Both the position numbers and the translations under genes were made by a program. The notes below the pieces were generated by a model, which did not search any database, had not been told where the DNA came from, and was given only the letters and a program-made list of their open reading frames with translations. From Paramecium tetraurelia (lineage: Eukaryota): a stretch of DNA of 64,000 bases. This document shows, one piece after another, positions 41,715-55,584 of this stretch. The stretch is taken from positions 310,001 to 374,000 of the forward strand of contig CT868585.1 in NCBI GenBank assembly GCA_000165425.1. Direction: 5' to 3'. Each line of letters opens with the position of its first letter. The stretch's first letter is position 1.

Positions 41715-43383
41715 TCATTAATTGTGCTATGACGATGTATGCCATGGTAAATCAATATTATATAATCGCTTAGTAGAATTGGAAGAGCCATAAAATACAG
41801 TGTTTTAATTCTTTTTATCCTGTTGTTCATTCTCAAATATTTCTATTTCCTCATCCAAAATTTATGGGATCTAAAATATAAAGGATCAACTAACCTTTGT
41901 TTGTGATAATCTTGGTTTCTAGTGCTCTTGATTACTAATTGCTGTAATGGGTCTAGACATTTTATTGTATGTGGGCATCACGATAGCAGTTGATGGTCTC
42001 AAAGATGTTTAAGATTGAACTGCTAATCTGCCACTTGTGTTTCTCCTCATAGATGCTTTCGTGCTGACTGCACTGGATGCTCGTTACAGATATTCCGTCA
42101 TAAAGGCCGGATCTTACATCATTTTTTTATGCTATTAAACATCCAATCTAATATCATCGATAGCTTCAGATATCTATATTTTCTAAGTTTATTTCTAAAA
42201 TTGAGGATGTTCTTTTAATTATTTAATTGTAGGTATGCTCTTCCTTGATTCCTCTTATTGTAATTATTTATTATGTTAGCCACTTTGAGATTACAAAAAT
42301 TCTTTTGAGCCTGCGAATTCTTCTAATAATTAAACTCTCAACATCTTTCCATTTAATTTAGAATGATTCAAAATTTGCTAAGCATTTTTTAATTTGGATT
42401 TGATTTCAACATATAATTCAGGATCTCTTAAGAGTTTTTTAAATTCCCCAATGCCAGCATCCTTGTTTTTCAAGAATTGCTGATGTTTTTATGTCCTTTT
42501 TTAAATATAGTATTCATTCCTATCCTTTAAGGATCTGCCCTTGAAAACAGCCTTGTCCATATTATATTGATAATTCATATAATGTTGAATTTTGGCATCT
42601 GGATTCTTGGCAGTTTTATATCCAGTTTAGTCAACAACATAGAGATTGTCCTAAAGTAGTGTAATAATTAAACCATTTTTGGGTCTCTGGTTAGATCCAT
42701 TTTAGTTTTAGGAATCTTTTCATAATAAGCCCATCTATCAACTGTGTTGGCCATAAGGTAGAGAAACTCGAATTCTTAAATGAAACCCTTAATTTGAAGA
42801 AAATCAGTGCATCTCTTGATCCATTCTTCCAAAACACTATTGCTTATGGCCTTTCCAATAGCCTGAAGTGAAAATAATGAGAATATGCATATACCCATAA
42901 TAAATTGTTAATTTCAGTTGCATTACATGGTACACCTTCACTCATTAATTCCTATTCTCGAAGATGAAAAATAAGACAAGCATCTTTGATATCCTTCATC
43001 CTAGATAACAAAGAAGAGATTACGTAAGGAGTCCGTCATGATAGAGTTGGATGGCTGCTTTGATGTTGCGAACATTAAGATGTGTTAAACGTCCATTAAG
43101 GAACTGAATTAGAGAATAAGTGAAATACCCGAGGAACTTCATGTAAAAATGAAAGGGATCTAAAAGTGGAGAAGATAGTCTAGATATCAATTTTGATCTT
43201 TTCAACTATCTAAATTTAATGTTCTTGTTCAAGGATTTAAACAACCAGGAAAAAGATTGGCTACATCTACATATAATCTGATATGAGCATTCTTAGATCC
43301 TCGTATTTGATTTATCCTCTTGCACTAAATTCACTTTGAATCCCGTATATTGTAAATTCTTCTAATTGTTATGCTTCAGTCAT
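41715..43383 (-). CDS. Hypothetical protein with degenerate EF-hand-like segment and coiled coil
   Basis: Starts MTEAQQLEEF; three or more tiny introns; KGFIQEFEFLYLM segment; ends LPWHTSSQHNQ-TGA. Confidence 0.7.
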
Positions 43384-43411
43384 ATATAAATAAATAATTT
43401 AATCAATAAAA

Positions 43412-44227
43412 ATGGACTATGAATAGAATAATTATTAGGCATTCGATATTGAGATTGTGGATACTGAGCAACTGAGAATAGATCACGCAAGATTGAGCTT
43501 CATCAGAAAGGTAAGATATTGCCTAATGAGGTGTTTCTGATAATTTTATTTCAAATTGGATTTACTTTCATTACTACATTGATAGCATATTCTCAAATTC
43601 CAATAATTGATTCCCTTTGCAGTAGACCCCTCTTATTTTGGATATTTATAGTTGTATTGATCTTAGTAATATTTTTGCTAATGAGGTTTTAAAAGTAAGT
43701 TTGCATGTAAATCAAGATTAGCCAAACAACATCCCTATAATTACATCTGTTACAGCAGTTTCACACTCTCCATCTCATACCTGTTTTTCTACACCATTCA
43801 TCATTATCCTACCTACTCAAATCATATCATTTCCTTGATTACACTGCAATTTGGCATCATCATTTCACTCCTCGCCTACTCGTACTTCACAGCATCAGAA
43901 ATCAATTTAAACAAAGGTTTAACATTCATTCTTATCACTATTGCTCTGCTATTCATTTTCTTATTCCTCTACTTCGAATTGTCCCTGAAGTTTTTATTTA
44001 TTTTGTCATTCCTCATCATCTTGTATGGAGTGCATATCATTATTGATACACTTCTTATTGTCAACGGAGAGGTAAGAATTCAATAATTAGATTAGAAACA
44101 TGAATTGGATATAGATGACTACATTATTGCAGCCTTGATGACATAAGTTGACATTATTGGACTCATTTCAATACTTTTTCAAAAACTGCTTTCCTAAATA
44201 TCAAAGATATAAATCAACAGTAACTGA
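43412..44227 (+). CDS. Bax inhibitor-1 / TMBIM (lifeguard-like) membrane protein
   Basis: RLSFIRKVFLII, KQHPYNYICY, IIIDTLLIVNG..ELDIDDYIIAALMTQVDII; multiple TM helices; three tiny introns. Confidence 0.85.
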
Positions 44228-44239
44228 TAATATAAACAA

Positions 44240-46048
44240 TCATTAATTTCTAGTATACTATTGTTTCCACTCCTCGCATTCTCTATTCTTCATCTCTATC
44301 TAGTATCTCAGAGTTCTATTCTCACTCTCCAGAATCTCGACCTATGACTCCATCTATCTCCTGATCTATTCAATCTGAGATCTCTTGATTTCATCCTTCA
44401 CTTATTCTGATACCTCCTATTATTTCTGTATCTCAATCAATTTCTATTTTTGACATTCCAACTCCACTTACAATCTTTGTATCAATAACTAACAATTAAA
44501 TTTACAATTACATTATTCTCATTATTTCTTAAAGCTAACTATCCCTTCTATTATCTGCATTCATCAAATTCATTTGATCTCTATTCCAATAGTTCACTCA
44601 ATTGATTAACTTAGTCGTTTAATTATTCAATATCTTAATTCTGCTCTTAAATGTCATTGTCATATTGCAATTGCAAAGAATCATAATCATTCTACACTTA
44701 CTTTAATTAAGCTGTTGTAGTCTAATGATGCTAATTCAAATTCTCAAGTGCAATCTACAATTCTTAATTCAATTACTAGTTTTACTATATTTAATTTTAA
44801 GTTGAATCTAATTGTTAATTCAGCTTTTAAATCTCTTACAACAATTTATTAATCTATTATTGATATTCCATCTTTATTTCTGATACTGATTTTCTATACT
44901 TTTAATCTAAATCCTAAGTGCTCAACTGATTCTACTCTTATAAGTTGCAATTCTATTCCACTTGTGATTATATCTCATCTTACAATCCTTAAATTAAATC
45001 TATTTTTATAATTTAAATTTTATTACTCTACTATTCTAGTATTTATTAATTCAAAATATTATTCTCATATTAAAGCTATCCAATTCTATCCACTAGACAG
45101 TCCTTCTCGTCTAGAAACTCTTTTTCTTATGATTTAACTTATTATTCATTTTATTATATTAGTTTATTGACTTCTCTTTTCTTTTCCTCTTAAAGTTCCT
45201 AATACTTCACTTTCAGAGACTCTAATTGTTACATCAAATTCTTTTCTCCTGTCTTTATCTCATTTACAATTTTATCCAATTGGACGATCTCTTATTTCTA
45301 AAATTCAATGGCCTGATTTCTTCTCACTAATTCATCTTGTAGTTTCTAAATTTGATCATCCATTAATTGTAATTGTTCTAAATGTGCTTGTTAGATCTCT
45401 TATAAATTTTAATTATATTTCTAATCCTTTTGATACAATTGTATTGATGCATCCTTATCCTAATTCACCTTTTCATGTTAAAGATACTTTAGTTCAGATG
45501 AATAATCATTCAATTATTGTTTCTGAATATCTATTTATTTATTCAATCGAAGCAATTGGGTATCCTTGTCTCTCAATTTATTGCTGAGTTCGTCATTCTA
45601 TTATATAGAATTTTTTAATTCTTTGGTCAATTGATCCAAATGTTTCTCATATTCTAGCATTGTCTAAGTCTGATCAGATGTGATACACTATAAAAATTAG
45701 AAATTAGATGATACTCTAGTCTCTGCTTGTTCATAGCGACGTTTCCAGTTATTGATTTCATGCTATTGTAATTCCACTAAATTCATTAATTTCTTAATCT
45801 CAAACTCTGGATTATTAAAGGTATTGCTTTGTTTCATATCCATATCGATGCTCTTCTCAAACTTACTAATGTAATGGGAGTTCCTTAGACTTTATTAGGA
45901 TTTCTGTAAAGTCGATCCTAAAACTCAAACAAATAGAACCTTGCTGCAATTCATTGTAATATGGACTTTTGGATTGCGTATTTGGCGATATTGTATTTCT
46001 AGATTTAGGTGGTGATGAGGCTGGCACTGGTTTTAAAAATGATGACAT
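44240..46048 (-). CDS. Long coiled-coil protein
   Basis: Starts MSSFLKPVPASSPPK; extended Q/E-rich heptads; ends RECEEWKQQYTRNQ-TGA. Confidence 0.8.
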
Positions 46049-48388
46049 CTCTTAATCTTCTAACAGACAATTTATAATATTAATCTCATTACATCACTAA
46101 ACAATTTATTCTTTAATCATATTTAATTTCTCCTCATAAATTTTATTATTTACAAAATGGCCTCATATATTTATATATTATTTCTCCTTTGAAACATAAT
46201 AATCATCTCAAATGCCTCTACCACTTAAGAATCTACTGATATCGTTCATTTGCAATTGTGTAATGGCCACCCAGCAAATAAAATGTCTCTCTCCCTGTCT
46301 AATAATGAATAATTTGGATGTATATTTTATTAATTATAAATATAAGGCAACTGGTATATTAATTTTTTTATTAAATGGGTTGTTCGGTTGCGAAATCAAC
46401 TTAAAATGAGCTTACCAAATAGCAACAACATCAGTAACTCAGAGAACCAGAAATTTAAGATTAATCACATGTTATAATACCTAAATCAAGTTCAAAAAAT
46501 ATTCCTCTCTTTGTTTAACCAAATAGTTGTAGACGTACCTCGGATAATCTCGTTAGATTCAAGACTGAAATTGACTCCAAGGAGAATTAACTCTCTATTA
46601 GAAAAAATCCTATTTATCTTAGAAGGGCCAGTTCAAAAACTTAAGCAGATTAGAGCCATGATATATAAGCCAAAGAATGAGAATCAATCGAAATTATCTG
46701 ATTTCGGTTTTTGTATGATTAACACATTTATATTTCAAAATATCTATCAACTTTCTCATCCTCCCTATACATTTTTATCATTTATATTAGATTTAATATT
46801 ATTCATGAATTACTCAATAAATACGAAACTAAATAAAATTCCAATATCTATTCTAATAACTATGCATATCGCCAAATATAAATTCAAACTCAATAATAAT
46901 TGTGAAATCTTTTCGTAAACCTAAACTTAATTATCAAATTCTTATTCTATATCAATTTTACAATGCCTGAATCTAATAATTCCCTTAAAGTTTAAATATA
47001 CTAATTTATTATTATCCTAATTAATTAATATTTTTTATTGTACTAATTAAATAATCATTATTGCCTAATTTCAAGCGAGTTATCTCAAAAGAATCTTAAG
47101 AGCTATTATTTTCTATCTTAAAATTAATATTTAGGAGTGGCTTGAAAAGGCAAAGCATTACTATCTTAAATCTATCGAGCGATCAAGTATAATTGTTTCA
47201 ATTGGATACTGTAAGATATCTAAACTGATTTTCTAAATTACTTTCAGCAAACCAATTAATTTGTGATATTAGAAATATCCTAACCTAATATTTTAATTAT
47301 TTTATATTAGCTTTTTCTATGATTGCATTGTTTTATAAACAATATTACTGTATCTTCAAAATAACCTAATCATTTCGAATATCTTAATAGAATATATATG
47401 GTAGACTTAATAAAATTTTATGTAAAGTTTATATATTTATATTTATTTTAATAAATCTTTAGTCTTACCAGATAAAACAAATCATCTACCTTTTTTGATT
47501 AGTATATGCTATTAAATTAGATTGATGTTTAATTCTTAATTATTTGGTAACTTAATTACCCATCAGTCATATTTATGACTTTAGTTCCAGCTCATTCTAA
47601 AGTAATGAAAATTCTTGAACTTGATTATAGTAACTTTAGATTTATATTACACATTGTTTATATGCAATTATAAACTGAATAGTTTAACTAGATACAAGGA
47701 GTTTATGAATGAAAGAAAAAAATATCCAAAAATTTGATACTGAATAATTAAAATTAAACCTTTAATTTAAATTGTTATTGTTATATTCAACCAAAAATAT
47801 TTAGTAATAGGGATTTTTAAATCTAAGGATGAGTAAATGCTCTTTACTCAACAAACTCAATATTCAATTTAGATTTTAATAAGTGGAGCAATTTCTCCGA
47901 TTATATTATAGATTTTATATGAAATATCAATTATCAAAAAATCATGAAAAATGAGAAAGAGATTGATTTCAATTTTGGAACCATCTGAATTAGTAGAAAA
48001 ATAGATCTATCAAATGGTTGTTGATAGATAAGAATTCCTATCTTTGGTGTTATTTATTTAAATGAAAATAAAATATGAAAAATAACTTCATCAAGAGCCT
48101 ATAACTGTGTAAATACTCATTGAAATAGTTGGATCCATAATTTTGAATAGTTTCAAATAATTATTTCAATACTAATACTTAAAATATCAAGCTAAAAAAC
48201 TCATTCTAATTTTTCAATTTTTCTAACTTATTCTTATTTATATAAATAACCATATAAGTTATGTTGTAAATTTAATGATAAAGCTAAATTGAAACTATAT
48301 TAAACATTTACGCGACAAAAAGATATAATAAAACTGTATCGTTTAAGTTTATTTGTCGCATCAATTTTTCTTTAATTATATTTAATTA

Positions 48389-51161
48389 ATGGGGTGTGGG
48401 TCATCATAAGCAGAAGCTCCTGATAAAAAGAATGGAAACCATACATAAAAAAATAGTATTTCCTCTCCGGATTCTGGTTTAGCTGATAAACAAAAGCTAT
48501 ACTAGAGAGGTATAATAATTGATTTTAGCTTCAGGAAACTATTTACTTAAAAAGGGAAAGTATGATCAGGCTATCAATCTATTCAATAGGGTCATAGAAA
48601 TTGATCCTGAATTTGCTGATGCCTATTATTCAAAAGGTAACTATTTTATTTTATTCAGCCATTGTGGCTTTTGAATAAAACAAAATATAGGATGCATAAA
48701 ACTTACTTTAAATAACTTTAGAAAAGCAGCCTGATCATGTTTATGCGTTGAATGAAGCCGGTTATTTTTCAAAAATATTTTAGGGTGCTTAATGATTAAA
48801 TAAAGAAAATTTCCAGAAGCCTTAGACTACTTAGAGAAAGCCTTTGCGAAGCAGCAAAACTTCTCAGAAGTGAATTATAGTTTAGGTATTAATGATTTAA
48901 TTCTTTGTTAAGCTTATGCTTTATCTAAATTAAATCGAAAGGAGGAATCTCTAAAATACTATGATTTAGCCATATAAGAGGACTCATAGCAAAAGCACTT
49001 TTATATCAATAAGGCCACAACCCTGTTTGAACTAAATAAACACGAAGACGCTCTTAAATGCGTTTCTGAGGCCTTAAAATTAGATTCAAATTATATTGAG
49101 GCATTAATTACTTAAGGTACAATATGTAATGAAAACTTAGGAAACATATATAAAGCTACATAGTAATTTGATAAAATGTATAGTACATGCTTTGCAATAT
49201 TGAAATTAGATAATAACAATAAGTTGGTTTTATAAATGAAAGAGGAGGCTGAAAAAAATTTAAATATTTAAATAACCGACCAACAATCTAGTACTATAAT
49301 TCCAATCGAAGATAAATTAACTTTGGGTAATATTCATATTAATATGGTTAAGCTGAAAATTTGGTTTCAGAAAAGTAGTATGATCAAGCAAGAAAGTTAG
49401 TTAATTAAATTCTTCAGAAAGATCCTTAGCATAATTAAGCACTTCGATTAAGTGCTAAGATTTAGGTGGAATAGGGGCAGTATGGTGATGCTTTGGCCAC
49501 ATTAAATAAGGTTTTAAGTCAATAGCCAAAAGATATTAGTGTATTAAAAGAAAAAGGTAACATAAGAGAGGAATATTTAAAGCGTTTGTATTGGAAAAGT
49601 TGAAAAGATTAGAAGACGCCTTGTAATGTCATAATATGATCATTGATGAAGAAACAAATTAAGAAAAGAAAGAAAAATAAGGTATAGTTTTTTTCATCTT
49701 CTAGCCAACATGTATATGAAACTTGGAAAGGTGAAAGAGGCTTCAGAAATATTTGAGAGTCTAAATGTAAAACAAAGTTTGGATGATCCATAGACATATA
49801 TTTTCAAGGGTAATATGATAAAAGCTTAGATTAGGAAAGTTGTTATTATCATAGGAGAAACTAGATGAAGGAATGACTTTTGTACAGGAAGGACTTGAAA
49901 AGAATAAAAACAATATTGAGATTATGTAGTTGCTTGCTTAATTTCACAAGGCAAAAAAAAATGAGAAAGAAGCTCTAAATCTTCATTAATAAGTATTAGA
50001 TATTGACAAACATAATGATTGCTCTCACTTTGAAAAAGGTATTGTAGTTCACAGAATTTAGGCTTGATATATTGTGATCAGAATCTATATAAAAAAGCTT
50101 TAGAATCTCTTCATAAAATAAACAATTTAGATTTTAATGAGTTATGTTATTTTTATTTTGGATTGTGCTATAATAAGATCGAGGATTATAAGAATTGCAT
50201 AAAGAATTTGAATACTTATGTAAAAATTGGAAGGGTAAATTTAGAATAAGCCTATTTTATGGTAATATTTAAGTCTAATTAATCTAAGTTAGGTGGTTCT
50301 AATTTGTTTTTGTTAAAATTTGACGAAGCAGAAGAAAATTATCTAGATTGCATAAGGTAGAATCCAAATAATGCAGAAGCTCATTATTAGTTAGGAAATG
50401 TATATAAACAGGACAAATAAATTGAAGAAGCCAAAAAGTATTTTGAATTAGCTCATAACCTTGAACCTTATAATGAAACGTACAAGTAGACTTATGGTAT
50501 GATTATTTCAATATGACAAGAAACCTTTGTGAATGAAAAAAACTATTTAGTTGAATACAGCAACAGTTTACTATTTACTTTATCTACTTTGATTGGGTTA
50601 TGCTAATTAAATCAAAAGTAGCAGGATTATGATCAGCAAAAGAGTGAGAAATATTTGAACCTTTTACTTCTTTTAGAAACTAATCAAAAAAAGAGATTCA
50701 ATACTATTGAAAATCATTTTGAATAACTAAAATAATTAATAGCGAAATCTTATGATATGTAGTATACAGTCATAGATGACACTCTGTTTCCAATAATGCA
50801 GTATTGGCATAATCAGAAGATTTGTAAGAAGAAGAAGGATGCTAATGACTTTGTGTCATCGATCATTCATACAGTTAAACTGCTAGTGAATATCAACAGC
50901 GACAAGATTCTTAATGTAATTAATAGTGAAAAATCTTTAAACAATAAATATTGCGTTGAATTTGCCAATAAAAGCTAGCATGAATTATATAAGAATAGAA
51001 GTGGATGTTTAGGATTGGTTGATGGTATCAAGATTCTTGGATTTCTATTAAAATATCACAAGGATTTCAGTAAAGATCGAATGGCCTTCTCTGAACTTCT
51101 AGCTACGAAATATTAAGTTGAAGAAATATAGATTTTTCATGAATCCTACTTTAAATAATGA
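48389..51161 (+). CDS. Tetratricopeptide-repeat protein with N-terminal myristoylation/palmitoylation motif
   Basis: MGCGSS start; more than ten TPRs (e.g. YDQAINLFNRVIEIDPEFADAYYSK, NPNNAEAHYQLGNVY); 12 tiny introns; helical C-terminal domain. Confidence 0.9.
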
Positions 51162-51264
51162 GATTGAGAAAACTATTTATAAATTATATCATATAATAGT
51201 AGTATTAATTATTTGTAGTGTTCTCCTATTCATATATTTAATATAAATTGATAAGAATATAGAA

Positions 51265-53517
51265 TCATTTGCTTTCGAGATATTACTCATTTCGTTTTAA
51301 GTATTATAATATTTAATTTTCATCTGTGAATTCCAGAGCTTGTAAATAGCCTTCATAAGTAAAGTTTTCTTTATCGCACATTAAAACAGGCAACTAAAAA
51401 ATAATCAAAGAAGCTTAAGCTTATATTTATAGTCTTAACCATTCTAAAGTTGACTTGGGGACTCCCTTTTTTTCTTTGATATTCTAATAGATCTGTCCAT
51501 GAAAATATGTAAAACAAATATCTTTGATGTCATCATCTACAAAATCATTAAGAAACCACTCAACTTTGTCTTTTCTATTTTTATCTAACTTTTCAGCCTT
51601 GGCTTTAGCTGTGTTAAGCAACAAATTCAATTCATTTTACACCAATTAATTATCTTATTTGACTTTATTGCAGTAATTCTCAAATTCAAAACAAGATGTT
51701 ATGTAATCCCATTCATCTAAACCGAAAGAGTTGATTTTGGATTCTAGAAGGATTTCAATTTCCTTCCTCAATTGCAACATTCTCTTAAAGACTAAAAATA
51801 AAGGAATGACCCAGAAATTTTATAGACCATTAAAAAATGTAAGGCATTTTGCAACAGTTTGGCCAATAATATTGAGTGCATCCAAAGAACGGTTATATTT
51901 CTAAGAAAACAGACTCAGTTATTAACTTGATCTTTTTATTAATTATATGTAATTCTCAGCATTACTAATTCTGCTTTCATCTAAATTGGGTCTCTACTAT
52001 TGATTGTCTTCTAAATCAGAACTATATATGGCTTTGTATTATTCCATAGCATTCTCTGATTGCTGATACATTTATTATAATTCCTCTTAGGTTTTAGATC
52101 CCTTAGTATAAACAACTTGTTATTGTTTAGATTGATCTGACTTTGAATTTTGAGATGAGGAACCAAACCTTTATTTCGTTGACATTTTGATAGTATTGCC
52201 TTGGACTGATGAAATTCTGGCTCTTATTTTGTCATAAAAGAATTCATTTTTGGTGAATGATTATGATATATTTTGTTGAGATCCTTATTAGTGCATCAGT
52301 TCCTAACTGTTATCATTGATCTTCCTTGATGAATCATACCCAGTGTAAATTGTAGTATTTTGGGTCTGATTGCGAAAACTCTTCACTCCAGTATGACTAT
52401 TGTTTTATGATTTAATTTATGGTTTTGGAAGCAGTTTGGTAGATGAAAAGAAGTTGTTAAATTTGTTGCTGCTATAGGTTTGAATCATTTAACGGCTTTA
52501 ATGAGATGATGACTTTTATCGACTCTAAACTGATGAATATCTATTGCCAACAACACTCCTAACATTCTCTTAATGCATTTTCTACATATTACTGATCTTG
52601 GTTATCAAAGATTAATTTAATAAATTCTATTCAGTCAACTTTGGATTCTTATTGTATTAGGGCTGTTGAGGCAAGTTTATAAGAGAATTAGAATCATCTC
52701 TGCTGCTTATCCTTGAGGAAGATCTGCATTTCACTTCCATCCTGTTCAATCTAATTTGAAAGTCTTTCAAAATCTGTTTGCATGCATTGTCTTCTCTAAA
52801 GGCTGAGTGATATGGGATTTAATGCCATGGAATTGGGTTTTCGGGATTCAAGAGCGAGGAAATCAAATTCTATATTGTTGGCTTCTTATTTGAAATCAGA
52901 GATCCTATATCTAAACGACCTCCTTGCAACCAATCAGCTATGTGTCTATGCACTTCATTAAGGATATAAGTTCCCTGAGTCATCACCAAATAGAGTATGC
53001 CAAGAGACCACTGGTAAGATGATCTACAAGGTTTTCCTTTCAAAATCAATGGATTCCAATAGACGCAATAATTTTCCTGTCTCTTTTTCAAACCGAAATC
53101 TAAGATTACTATCGAATCGCCATTCTTTACTATATTTTCAATTGTGCAATCCCTTGGGGAACAACCTTAATAGAGGTCATATCCAAAGTATATCAACAAC
53201 AGTTTCGACAAGTCACCATTTATCAGAAGCCATTGTGAAACATTCTCTATTATCAAATCTGTATAGGTATTCGTTCTTACAATCTACAAAATTGAAGGCA
53301 GCAGACTTATCTGTGGTTTTAACAACTTCGTCTCTGCATGAGGTTTAATTCTATGATAAGATTCCAAAAATGCTAATTCTTCATCCAAAAACCTTGTGTC
53401 ATTCCATCGAGCAATAACTACTTATTCATCTGTTAATTTCAATCTACCCTTTAATGCAGACCATTATTCACATTGCCAAATTGGAAATGTTATCGTGTAA
53501 GGATGATTGCCTTTCAT
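51265..53517 (-). CDS. Pseudokinase with low-complexity linker and helical C-terminal domain
   Basis: Degenerate kinase motifs: VVIARW (no VAIK lysine), SPRDCTIENI (HRD altered), ILDFGL, YWNPLIL, QWSLGIL; long open frame. Confidence 0.75.
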
Positions 53518-54070
53518 TTATTATATAATAATTTTTATGTTCGAATTAATATCTATTAAATAATTCAATTGTATTGGCATTGTGGGCCTCCATTTTAATT
53601 CGAAATACAAAAACTCTATTGATAATATATTTGAATATTAAATACACTATGTAATTATTACCACATTTCAAATAATCTACACTATAATCAGAAGAAACTG
53701 ACTTATAGTAGCTTCATTAATTACTCCTTCAGTTTAATTATATGATAATTTGAAACTAGTAAACGCAAATGAGAATTCTTTTGTGTTTACTAAGCGTTCA
53801 TTTATTTACACCTAATCCAGAAGTATTATGGTCTTAAGAAAGAATTACATAGATAATCAGTAACGAATTTTATTTATGGAGTTTGAGTTTATTTAATTTG
53901 TTTTTGATATATTTTAAATTTTAGAATAACTTCTCAGGTCATCATCTGAAATAACCAAATCATTTACTTATTAAGTCAAAATGTTAAGTATAATTAAGAC
54001 CAGACATTTCTTGTTATTCATTATTTAAACATCATTAATTAGCCTCTTTTTAAATTATTTTATATAAATT

Positions 54071-54448
54071 ATGGGTGCTACATGCAAATTCAGAGAAAGG
54101 GAAAGAGATATTATTTCTCAAGACTCACTACCTAGTTTGCCTGACCTCAACCCTGATGCTGAAGGCTATACTAACTTCAAATATTAAGTGTACGGTAAAA
54201 GTAAGAATTCCAGAAATACTGCCAATACTCCAGAGACGTTGGAAAGACCTCATTTTTTTATAATATATCCAAAAAATCAGCATTAACGAAATGATTTAAT
54301 ATTACAACTCTAAGACCTTAATCGAAATAACAATTATCATATCGAAGAATACTCTTAAATGACAAGTCAATCTATGGAATCTAAATTTGAAAGTAATTTT
54401 TCATTGAATGAAGTGTCTGAAGGATCATTCAATGTTTTTCGTGTATGA
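54071..54448 (+). CDS. Small hypothetical protein with N-myristoylation-type start
   Basis: MGATCKFRER start; a 26-nt intron near 54188 gives an end at SFNVFRV-TGA; unspliced it would stop near 54361. Confidence 0.55.
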
Positions 54449-55584
54449 ATGTACAATATTAGACAATGAAATTAGCTATGAAAAAATGATGTAATCAATT
54501 TTATTATCATAAATAACATTTATATTATTTTCTGTTGTAACCAAAATATCAAATTAAGCTCAAAAAACTTTTTCACTTCTTCAAATTTAGTTAAACAAAC
54601 CACATTTTCTGAAGAATAAATTATATTATATGGTTTTGTTATAATTAAACTAATTTTCCTTTTAAAAAGAAATTTTAGATCAATTCAGCTAATGTATATC
54701 CCTGCTTCACTGTGAAAATTACTCAATTCGTATTACTAGAAAATCATTTCAAATTATTATATAACGATAATTTAAGTAAAAATAAATTTTGTAATGAAAT
54801 TTTCTATTATTTTCAGTTCCTAAAGATCATGAATTAATAAGATTTTCTCATATTTTCGTTAACATTAGAGTGAATAAATAATTTATATCTCAGAAACTAT
54901 AAATTTTATGACGATACGCCTAAATATAAGTGAATATTAATTCAGCATTAAGTTTCTGTAATATAATTTAATAATCTTAAAATTAATTACTGATTATTAA
55001 TTTAAATAATAAGGTGATTATAATCAATTATTTATTATTACAATTTTGGATTTTTTTGCATCTGCCCGTTAAAATAACCCCTTTGAGGTTATAACAATAT
55101 AATAGAAGTGTCCACTCATTTTGCCTGATGTTTTTTCCTTTAATCCGGGCTTACTTTTAAAATTAATATAGTTGATGGATAAAAACAGTGAGAATTTTCA
55201 TTCATATGATAATTCATAGGATTGTTGCGGTTTTGTTAACTGATGATAAAAAATTATGAGAATCACATATATATAGAAATGAGAAATTTATAAAATAAAT
55301 TCTTATATATAATTCATAAATAGTTTGAAATAAAATTCGTAAAGACAATTACATTTTTAAACATATGTTTGTTTCTGATGTCCTTCTTCTTATTTATGAT
55401 TACCTAACTAAGTTTCATTTAGTATACAATATATTTCTGTTTGGATCATTTTATAAAATGATAATTTTTGAGTTATTCTATATACTCTAATGTAATTGTG
55501 TGTTTAAACTAGTACTTTTATTTTGAATTAAGCTAAGCTCTTGTTATTAATTTATGTTTATAAATTGTAAAAAAATAATAAAAA

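Noticed and set aside
46200..46320. Possible minus-strand remnant of a MORN-like repeat gene (GGHYT..KWQ..KGE)
   Set aside because: Too short and interrupted by TGA to support without a search.
46511..46918. 135-aa ORF from the track, the longest listed
   Set aside because: TTG start, intergenic-like I/L/N/F composition, no in-frame TAA/TAG Gln usage as in real genes here, and no recognisable motif.
53019..53348. Opposite-strand or off-frame ORFs from the track (also 85-267, 6521-6742, 7182-7493, 62655-62849)
   Set aside because: They are shadows of real genes on the other strand and have no independent coding signal.
55060..55155. Telomerase RNA (AACCCC-like template inside a closing helix)
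   Set aside because: It lacks the conserved TGTCA element upstream of the template and a convincing full template; kept only as a weak ncRNA candidate.
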